Shown piece after piece: positions 56,931-64,000 of a DNA stretch of 64,000 bases. The translations under genes were made by a program, and so were the position numbers. A model generated the notes under the pieces. The model saw only the letters and a list, made by a program, of their open reading frames with translations. It was not told the DNA's origin and made no database searches. Origin of the DNA: Bacteroidota bacterium (lineage in GTDB: Bacteria; Bacteroidota; Bacteroidia; Chitinophagales; Chitinophagaceae); the NCBI GenBank assembly GCA_016868815.1, contig VGFQ01000013.1, positions 3,746 through 67,745 on the forward strand, in the 5' to 3' direction. Positions within the stretch are counted from its first letter, which is position 1; each line of letters begins with the position of its first letter.

Positions 56931-58307
56931 TCAGCCCATAAGCTTCTGTTCGAGTGCTTCGAGAGGTATGCCTTTGGTCTCAGGCATGCGGGTAAGCGTC
57001 CAGGCCAGCTGTAGGACCATCATAGCAGCTAAGAAGGCGAAGATGGGCCATGGGTTTTCCTTGAGGAGTCCGTTTTCCTTGTCCAGGAACACAGGGGTGA
57101 TCAGGGTGATCAGGGCGGCAAAGACCCAGTGGGTGCTGGCGCCGAAGGCTTGACCGCGGGCACGGATGCGGTTGGGGAAGATCTCGGAGAGGAATACCCA
57201 GATGACGGCGCCTTGTCCGAGGGCATGGGAGGCAATGAAAAGGAGCAGGAAGGCCAGCAGAAAGCTTGAGCCGGCACTGGACTGGAAAGCATAAGCCACC
57301 ATGGAGAGGCTCAGGATATATCCGAGGGATCCGATGACCATGAGGGTCCGCCGACCGATGCGATCGATCAGCCATAGACCTACAAAGGTAAAGAGCAGGT
57401 TGGCGCCTCCGATGTAGATAGAGTTGCGGAGGGAGTCGGCTGCAGCGAGGCCGGCGCGTTCGAGGATTTCAGGCGCATAGTAGAGGATGAAGTTGATGCC
57501 GGACCACTGGTTGAAGAAGGCGATCCAGAAGGCCAGCCAGATAATGCGTCGATGGCTTGGCTGAAAGAAGGTGCCTGCCACCGTGCTGCCAGCCTCTGCC
57601 TGGATGCCGTGGGTGACGGTAGCGATGAGGGCTTCAGCGTCGACGACGCCTAGGCGCTGGAAGACTTCCCTGGCGGCGTTTTCATCGTGACGGGCGGCCA
57701 GCAGCCAGCGGGGGCTTTCAGGGATGGTGAGGACCAGGCCGGTGTAGAGGAGCGAGGGGATGGCCATGACCCCCAGCATCCAGCGCCAGTCATTTACCCC
57801 GCCGACGCCGGCCAACAGATAGTTGGAGAGGAAGGCCACCAAGATGCCAAAGACGATGTTGAACTGGTAGAGGGCTACGAGGCGGCCGCGCATGGCAGGC
57901 GTAGAGATCTCGGAGACATAGGCGGGCGCGGCGACGGAAGAGATGCCGATGCCCAGACCGCCGAGGAAGCGGAAGAAGGAAAAGCTGTAGGGGTCTGCCG
58001 CGAGGGCCGAGCCAAGGGCCGAGACGCTGAAAAGGATGCCGATCCATAGCAGCACCTTCTTCCGGCCATAGCGGTCTGTCGGCACGCCACCGAAGAGCGC
58101 CCCCACCACCGTCCCCCAGAGGGCCATCGACATGATAAAAAAACCATGGAACCAGGGAGAGATCTCTGTCGTATGCCAGAGGTTTTTGATGGGCTGGTTG
58201 GCGCCCGAGATGACGACGGTGTCAAAACCGAAAATGAATCCGGCCAAAGCGGCGATGAGGGAGATGCCTAGGACGGAATCGTGGGCTGAGGGTGCGGAGT
58301 TGGACAT
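56931..58307 (-). CDS. Sugar porter family MFS transporter (XylE/GalP-like)
   Basis: AGFIFGFDTVVISG, DRYGRK, YVSEIS...RGRLV, PESPRW and SEIFP...R. Confidence 0.93.
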   Translation of the reverse strand: MSNSAPSAHDSVLGISLIAALAGFIFGFDTVVISGANQPIKNLWHTTEISPWFHGFFIMSMALWGTVVGALFGGVPTDRYGRKKVLLWIGILFSVSALGSALAADPYSFSFFRFLGGLGIGISSVAAPAYVSEISTPAMRGRLVALYQFNIVFGILVAFLSNYLLAGVGGVNDWRWMLGVMAIPSLLYTGLVLTIPESPRWLLAARHDENAAREVFQRLGVVDAEALIATVTHGIQAEAGSTVAGTFFQPSHRRIIWLAFWIAFFNQWSGINFILYYAPEILERAGLAAADSLRNSIYIGGANLLFTFVGLWLIDRIGRRTLMVIGSLGYILSLSMVAYAFQSSAGSSFLLAFLLLFIASHALGQGAVIWVFLSEIFPNRIRARGQAFGASTHWVFAALITLITPVFLDKENGLLKENPWPIFAFLAAMMVLQLAWTLTRMPETKGIPLEALEQKLMG

Positions 58308-58434
58308 CAGCAAGTTGATTGGTATCAGGATGGAATGTACGGAAGTCAGATGAATCAAAGACCAGATGGCGATGGCTGGATTTTTTTCGAATGCCGATGG
58401 TTACCGAATTTTACAGTGGGTAAGTGTGTACGGC

Positions 58435-58662
58435 ATGAATGGCATACAGCATCTCCTCAGCACCGGCCTTCGGCCACTGGATCAACGGCTCGCCCAGCGC
58501 GGGCTGGGTATCCGTCTCATGGAATTTCTACTGTCTTCGCGTATGACACCCTTGCAGCAGGCGAGATATCTAGACATGGATCGCGACCAAACGGGACTAG
58601 CGCTGGACATCACAGAGCAAGGCAGAGAGGAGACCTCACCGCCATCCGATGCTCCGAAGTAA
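58435..58662 (+). CDS. Short hypothetical ORF (possibly a remnant)
   Basis: 75-codon ORF MNGIQHLLSTGLRP... between the MFS and adhesin genes. Family not recognised. Confidence 0.3.
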   Translation: MNGIQHLLSTGLRPLDQRLAQRGLGIRLMEFLLSSRMTPLQQARYLDMDRDQTGLALDITEQGREETSPPSDAPK

Positions 58663-58770
58663 GAATGAGATCCGGGATCAGACCAGAGATGGGCCTGGAG
58701 CGGCTATGCAAGCAATTTTAAGGGGACTTTTGACGTTAGGGAATGGGGGCTGTCTACACAAAAGGATGAG

Positions 58771-61700
58771 ATGACCATGCAGGTGGATAAGAAACCTATA
58801 TCAGATATTGATTTTGGCATGATTCCTGCAAAACAACCAGTTGTGATTCACTCCGATCCAAGCTTCACGAAATTCTTACTGGCGTTCATTGCAATGTTTT
58901 TCCTGAGCCTCTATGGCTGGACATCCCCAGGGATGTCTTCTGGAGCAGAGATGACTGAACCCAAGCCCATGGATCATTCGGATAGCGTAAGCCGAATCCC
59001 ATTGCTTGATTCTGCTTCATCTATTTTATTGCTGGATGCGGATGAGTCGCCGGGAGATCTGTTTGCAACACCCCCTGAAATTCAAGTTTTCACCATCTGT
59101 ATGAGTCGATTCGCCACGCTCATCGTTGAGAATGTAAACGCTACCCTCAACTTGTACAAGCAAGTAATATGGAATATGGGGGATGGCCAGCCAAGTATCA
59201 CTCAGAATATTCCAGCAAGCTGGCCAAACCTCAATAATACCTGGATGAACTTGCAATACAAATATGCAAACTCAGGCAATTTTACCATCACCCTGACCCT
59301 CATACCTTATAGTGGATCAAACGTCATTGTTACTAAGGCTGTCGTCGCAAACCCACTACCTCCAGACGTGACAACCCTCACGCCTGTCAAATTCTGCCTC
59401 GGCAGCACAGCTTCTCCGTTGAGTGCAACAGGCACATCTGGGAACAACGTTGTTTGGTATACACCAAAACCTGCACCCGCTAGTGGATACGACAGAAGTA
59501 GCACTCCGCCTACCCCGAGCACAAGTGTAATTGGCAGCAGTCAGTTTTTTCTGGTCGGCCAAGAGAATCCATCCACTACCTGCGAAAGCAATTTAACTAG
59601 AGTCACCATTGAAATTGTAGATGCCCCCACCGGCCCTCCCCTGACTTCCAGTCTTTCTTTATGCGTAGGAGGCACAGGCACCTTGTCATCCTCTGTCACC
59701 AACCCCAACCCGAGGAATTTTGAAGTGAAGTGGTATGACCAAGCGTCTGGCGGTACCCCTCGGCCTAGTGTACCTAGCATACCCCCCAGCACCACGACCT
59801 ATTATGTAAGTCTGAACAGCCTCACTGGATGTGGCGAAAGTGGTCGTGCCCCTCTCACGGTCACCATCAACCCTACCCCGGCCGCACCATCCATTCCCTC
59901 TTCCATCCCCCAGCCGGCGGAAATATGTCAGGACTTTCCCATCACGCCAGCACTACTCAATTCTTATCTGACGGGCCTCTCGGGGGGGAATACGTTTCTC
60001 TGGTATGCATCCGCGACCGGCGGCACCGGAACGACGACTCCGCCCACCATCCCCACCACAGGCGGACTGTTAACGCCGAACAGCTATTCCTTTTTTGTCA
60101 GCCAGCGAATGAGCACGGCCCCAAACTGTGAAAGCAGCAGGACCCCTTTACAGGTACAGATCAACCCGCTGCCGTCTGCGACCCTTAGTGCAGGTGCTGT
60201 GATCTGTCAGGGCGCAAGCCAAACCCTGGAGATGAGAGGCGCCAGCGGCACGGCAGGCTATACCTTTAGCTACAGGCTCAATGGAACAGCCACCACCATC
60301 AACTCTGGAAATCTTTCCGGCAATGCCTCGGACCCTGCGGTGATCACTGTCCCAACCGCAACCGCCACCACGTACACCTATGAACTGACAAGGGTAGAAG
60401 ACGGTAAAGGATGCGCCAAGAGCCTATCGGCCTCGACCGCAGTCTTCCGAGTCAATGCCACACCCCGTGCGACCCTGGCCGCAAATACCCCCATCAGCGG
60501 TGGGGAGATCTGCACCGGGAAGTCCGCGACGTTCACCTTTACGGGCTCAGGCGCCTCCAGTGCGGCCGCGTATACCTTCAGCTATTCCATCGATGGCGTA
60601 GCCCAGACGCCGATCACCACTTCAGGCAGCAGTGCCAGCATCGCTACCCCTGCCATCAACTTTCCCAGTGCCGGCAGCAAGAGCATCACCCTCAGCAGCA
60701 TCCGCTATACAGACGTTGCCACTTGCTCCGACAACACGCCTCAGACCCTGCCCATCACGGTCAACCGCTTGCCGGGGGCCCTCGCCTCGATCGACGGCGG
60801 GGCCACCTCTCCTTTGCTGCTCTGCCAGGAAACGGCAAGCCCTACGGTACGGTTCACCGGAAACACCTCGCTGGGTCCCTACACCTTCACCTATAAGCTG
60901 AATGCCGGGGCAGACCAAACCGTGACGACGGTCGGCACCGACCCATCACATACCTTTCCCATCCCTACGAGTGCTCCAGGCAGCTTTGCCTACACCCTGC
61001 AAAAAGTGGTGGACAGCAAAGGCTGTGAGCAGTCTCAGACGGGCAGTGCCACGGTCCGCATCGTCGCGAACCCAGATGTGACCATCACCGGCACGACGGC
61101 CGTCTGTCAAAATGAAACCAGGCCGACGATCACCTTCCAAGGCGCCAATGGCATCACCCCCTATACTTTCACCTATGCTGTCAATGGCGGACCCGATCAA
61201 ACAACCACCTCCAGCGGAGGCAATGTCGCCACCATACAGGCTGACACGAACATACCCGGCACTTTCATCTATGCGCTGAAGCAGGTCTCTTATACAGACG
61301 GCATCACCTGCTCCAAGACCCTGACGACCACCGCCGCAGTCACCGTACATGACCTACCCTCCGCGACCCTCACGGCCGCAAGCCCATCGATCGTCATTTG
61401 CCAAGGCCTGGCAGCACCACAGCTCCGCTTCTCAGGTAGTGATGGCCTGGCACCCTACACCTTCCGCTACCAATTGAATACAGGCATCCTGACAGGTACC
61501 GGCAACCCCGTCCTGGTGAATGCCTCTACCGCCGTTTCCGGCAACTTCCGCTACCAACTAATGGAAGTGAGGGATGCCCGAAACTGCTCACAGCCCCAAT
61601 CGGGCACGGTGGATGTGACGGTCACGCCGAAGCCAGACGCCAATGCCGGCAGTACCAAGTACATGGCATTGGGGACGAATGTGGCCCTAGATGGTAGCGC

Positions 61701-62133
61701 CACAAGGGGTACGGGGCTGGTGTTTGCTTGGTCGCCGGCAACCGGACTAAGCAACCCGACACTCCCGAACCCAGTCGCCAGCCCAACAGCCACCACCCGC
61801 TATCTGCTGACAGTCACCTCCAGTGGCGGCTGCATCGACACTAGTTCGGCCTTGGTGACGGTCTTGAACCGACCCATCATCCCCAATACCTTCACCCCCA
61901 ATGGCGACGGCATCAATGACCGCTGGGAGATCTTGAACCTGGGGACCTATCCGGATCCCGTCGTGGAAATCTACAGCGACCGTGGGCAGCTGATCTTCCA
62001 GTCGTTCAGCAACTACAAGCCCTGGGACGGCACCTACAAAGGCAAGCCTCTGCCCGTCGGCACCTACTATTTTGTCATCTTCCCCAAGTATGGCATCGAC
62101 CGGATCGCCAGTTTTGTCACCCTCCTGCGTTGA
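58771..62133 (+). CDS. Large Thr/Ser-rich surface protein with Ig/PKD-like repeats and a T9SS type B (gliding-motility-associated) C-terminal domain
   Basis: Ig-like units with WY...GG, about 5 tandem C...F.G..G..PYTF.Y repeats and C-terminal IPNTFTPNGDGINDRWEI...WDGTYKGKPLPVGTYYF. Confidence 0.9.
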   Translation: MTMQVDKKPISDIDFGMIPAKQPVVIHSDPSFTKFLLAFIAMFFLSLYGWTSPGMSSGAEMTEPKPMDHSDSVSRIPLLDSASSILLLDADESPGDLFATPPEIQVFTICMSRFATLIVENVNATLNLYKQVIWNMGDGQPSITQNIPASWPNLNNTWMNLQYKYANSGNFTITLTLIPYSGSNVIVTKAVVANPLPPDVTTLTPVKFCLGSTASPLSATGTSGNNVVWYTPKPAPASGYDRSSTPPTPSTSVIGSSQFFLVGQENPSTTCESNLTRVTIEIVDAPTGPPLTSSLSLCVGGTGTLSSSVTNPNPRNFEVKWYDQASGGTPRPSVPSIPPSTTTYYVSLNSLTGCGESGRAPLTVTINPTPAAPSIPSSIPQPAEICQDFPITPALLNSYLTGLSGGNTFLWYASATGGTGTTTPPTIPTTGGLLTPNSYSFFVSQRMSTAPNCESSRTPLQVQINPLPSATLSAGAVICQGASQTLEMRGASGTAGYTFSYRLNGTATTINSGNLSGNASDPAVITVPTATATTYTYELTRVEDGKGCAKSLSASTAVFRVNATPRATLAANTPISGGEICTGKSATFTFTGSGASSAAAYTFSYSIDGVAQTPITTSGSSASIATPAINFPSAGSKSITLSSIRYTDVATCSDNTPQTLPITVNRLPGALASIDGGATSPLLLCQETASPTVRFTGNTSLGPYTFTYKLNAGADQTVTTVGTDPSHTFPIPTSAPGSFAYTLQKVVDSKGCEQSQTGSATVRIVANPDVTITGTTAVCQNETRPTITFQGANGITPYTFTYAVNGGPDQTTTSSGGNVATIQADTNIPGTFIYALKQVSYTDGITCSKTLTTTAAVTVHDLPSATLTAASPSIVICQGLAAPQLRFSGSDGLAPYTFRYQLNTGILTGTGNPVLVNASTAVSGNFRYQLMEVRDARNCSQPQSGTVDVTVTPKPDANAGSTKYMALGTNVALDGSATRGTGLVFAWSPATGLSNPTLPNPVASPTATTRYLLTVTSSGGCIDTSSALVTVLNRPIIPNTFTPNGDGINDRWEILNLGTYPDPVVEIYSDRGQLIFQSFSNYKPWDGTYKGKPLPVGTYYFVIFPKYGIDRIASFVTLLR

Positions 62134-62214
62134 GGCGGCGGGCGATCTGATTTGCGCGTACCTTCCCCGTCGAAAGCCTGAGGCCTTCGAGTCCGACACT
62201 GTATACCCGCTGCC

Positions 62215-63024
62215 ATGTCCGAAACAATGTACCCCTGGCTGGTGCCCTTGATCCTTTTCGCATGCTGGATCGGGCTCTTCCTGTTGCCTGGCATCGTGGC
62301 CCGCATCGTATATTTTCAGTTCCCTTTCAGCGAGGAAGCCCGGTCAAGGGATGCCATCCCTGCCCTGTTCTGGACACTCGTCACGGGCACGTGCATGGAA
62401 GTGGCCTGGATATGGATCCACCAAAGGCTGACAGGCCGTTGGATGAGTTCGGCCGAGCTGGCCTTTCTGCTGACGGGAACCTATGAAGATGAGGTCTCCG
62501 GACTCATGATCCAACATATGATCGACCAGCGCCTGCAGTGGATCTTCTTCGTCATCGTTCCGCTGGTGGCTGCGGCGGTCTTGGGATGGCTAGCCCGGCA
62601 GTTGGTGATCTGGACGCGCGCGGACATCCACATCCCTCTGTTGCGGTATTCCAACCACTGGTACTATATCCTATCCGGCCGCATGCAGGTGCAAGGGGGG
62701 CGACTCGTGGCGCTTCCCTCAGATGTCAACTTTGTACGGGTAGAGGTGCTGACCCGGGAGGGATCCTCACATGTAATCTATTCCGGCCAACTGATTTCGT
62801 TTCAGCTGTTGTCGGGCGACCGGCTGCACTCCATCCAGATCCGGCATCCGTACAAAAGCTTCCCAGAACGGCCGCTTGCAGCTACCACCAGTCCCGAGAG
62901 CACCCATGGCTTCGAGCCGACAGAAGCCTATGAGATGGAATTCCTGTACGATGATGTGATCGACCTGAAGCCTTTCTATTACACGCTGAAGGCGGGGCAG
63001 AGGCAGCCCTCTCCCCTCGCCTAG
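62215..63024 (+). CDS. Membrane protein with soluble C-terminal beta domain (DUF6338-like)
   Basis: LLPG near the N-terminus, three TM segments, RYSNHWYYILSG and YSGQL. Confidence 0.6.
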   Translation: MSETMYPWLVPLILFACWIGLFLLPGIVARIVYFQFPFSEEARSRDAIPALFWTLVTGTCMEVAWIWIHQRLTGRWMSSAELAFLLTGTYEDEVSGLMIQHMIDQRLQWIFFVIVPLVAAAVLGWLARQLVIWTRADIHIPLLRYSNHWYYILSGRMQVQGGRLVALPSDVNFVRVEVLTREGSSHVIYSGQLISFQLLSGDRLHSIQIRHPYKSFPERPLAATTSPESTHGFEPTEAYEMEFLYDDVIDLKPFYYTLKAGQRQPSPLA

Positions 63025-63029
63025 TGCTG

Positions 63030-63300
63030 TGGCCATCTGGCCCACTGGAGGCATATGGCAGTCGATGCCTACGCCCATGCCAGCCCATATGTCTGATGCG
63101 TGATGGAGGCTGTAGAAGACCCTCACCCAAGCGGTTGACAGGGCCCAGGCCCATACCACCAGCGAACCTGCCGAGGGTGCTGCCAGCAGCAGAGAGATGG
63201 CCAGGGCGGTCGTCCAGGCCTCATGGCCGGAGGGGAATGCATAAGGATCGTAGCGGCGGTAGGCTTTCCCAAACGACCCGGCAGGCCGCCCGCCGGACAC
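63030..63300 (-). pseudogene. 5'-truncated PAP2 (type 2 phosphatidic acid phosphatase) family remnant
   Basis: GRP, AFPSGHE and WVRVFYSLHHASDIWAG motifs are present, but there are only about 12 codons and no ATG between them and the upstream gene's stop. Confidence 0.65.
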
Positions 63301-63333
63301 GCCTCGAGTCTCTAAAGCCCCACTTGCATCGTG

Positions 63334-64000
63334 TCAGTACCTCACGGCCTGGAACTTCCATCCCGGCTGCCATTTCTGCATCTCTATTTCATCATCCCTT
63401 CGCGTGAGACCGCAGCGGAGGTAGTTCTCATGAAGTCGGGCAAGGGCCTCCCGGTCGAGCTCGACGCCGAGGCCGGGACCGGATGGTACCGGCAGGCTGC
63501 CCTCTTGAAAAGACATTCGGCCACCCACGATGATCTCCTCCGACTGCCAGGGATAGTGTGTGTCGAGGGCATATTCAAGTTCCGGCAATGCCGCTCCGAG
63601 ATGCGTCATGGCAGCGAGGGAGATCCCCAGGTGGCTGTTGGAATGCATGGAGAGGCTCCGCCCGAAGGTCCGGCAGATGGCGGCGAGGTGCATGGAGGCG
63701 GTCAGGCCGCCCCAGAAATGGTGGTCGCTCAGGATGATGTCTTCGGAGCCGAGGCGTATGGAAGAGGGGATCTCTTCAAAAGAAGTTGTGCACATGTTGG
63801 TGGCGAGGGATATGCCCAGTGCCTTGCGCAGTTCGGCCATGTCAGTCTGTCCGCGGACCGGGTCTTCGAGGTACTCGATATGCCCTTTGAGCATTCTTCC
63901 GCAGCGAAAGGCCGTCTCTTTCTTCCATACGCCGTTGGGGTCGATGCGCAGCGGGACGTCGTCTCCGAAGGCCTCGTGCAAGGCGAGGACGGCTTCCACC
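63334..64000 (-). CDS. Glucarate dehydratase-related enolase superfamily enzyme (5' part outside the window)
   Basis: LRIDPNG.W, YLEDP, LATNM, SDHHFWGG, SMHSNSHLGISLAAMTH and DTHYPWQ. Confidence 0.9.
   Translation of the reverse strand, partial: VEAVLALHEAFGDDVPLRIDPNGVWKKETAFRCGRMLKGHIEYLEDPVRGQTDMAELRKALGISLATNMCTTSFEEIPSSIRLGSEDIILSDHHFWGGLTASMHLAAICRTFGRSLSMHSNSHLGISLAAMTHLGAALPELEYALDTHYPWQSEEIIVGGRMSFQEGSLPVPSGPGLGVELDREALARLHENYLRCGLTRRDDEIEMQKWQPGWKFQAVRY

Noticed and set aside
58435-58662. GNAT (QRGLGIRLME) or helix-turn-helix (TPLQQARYLDMDR) assignment for the short ORF
   Set aside because: Each resemblance rests on a few residues and the two conflict, so it was left as hypothetical.
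1-64000. Prophage, IS element, integron, CRISPR or rRNA genes
   Set aside because: No integrase, transposase, phage structural, cas or rRNA signatures were recognised anywhere in the window.

Overview
This is a GC-rich chromosomal segment of a Bacteroidota genome, probably Chitinophagaceae-like. The assignment is inferred from T9SS C-terminal sorting domains, TAnnTTTG -7 promoter boxes, the rpmB-rpmG-DUF4295-(GNAT)-ftsY order and the long NagB. Most of the window is housekeeping and carbohydrate/peptide metabolism: valS, cbs, accD, smpB, parE/parC, a GMC + subunit-3 + Gfo/Idh/MocA operon, a GT4/asnB cluster, ftsY, ribosomal proteins, trxA, lpdA, nagB, tRNA-Arg(ACG), GH78, M13 and M43 peptidases, an MFS transporter and a T9SS adhesin. 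No integrase, transposase, CRISPR array or rRNA was recognised. Highlights: (1) an ORF-poor ~490-nt transcription unit at 2958-3444 between cbs and accD, with its own promoter, terminator, two long-range helices and about 10 AAACC...AUCC repeat units, which is a candidate undescribed protein-sponge ncRNA; (2) an AT-richer accessory block after tRNA-Arg carrying a Fringe/GT31-like glycosyltransferase and a DUF4157 (eCIS-type) effector with a hydrophobic C-terminus, followed by a YbjN/CesT-like partner; (3) several short gene scars: an internally deleted pfkB, a split and partly inverted DUF2200 gene, a 5'-truncated PAP2 gene and a frameshifted secreted-protein gene; (4) two real small ORFs missing from the ORF track (DUF4295/bL38 and a 58-aa two-TM protein). 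All family calls come from motif recognition by eye; no database searches or folding programs were run.
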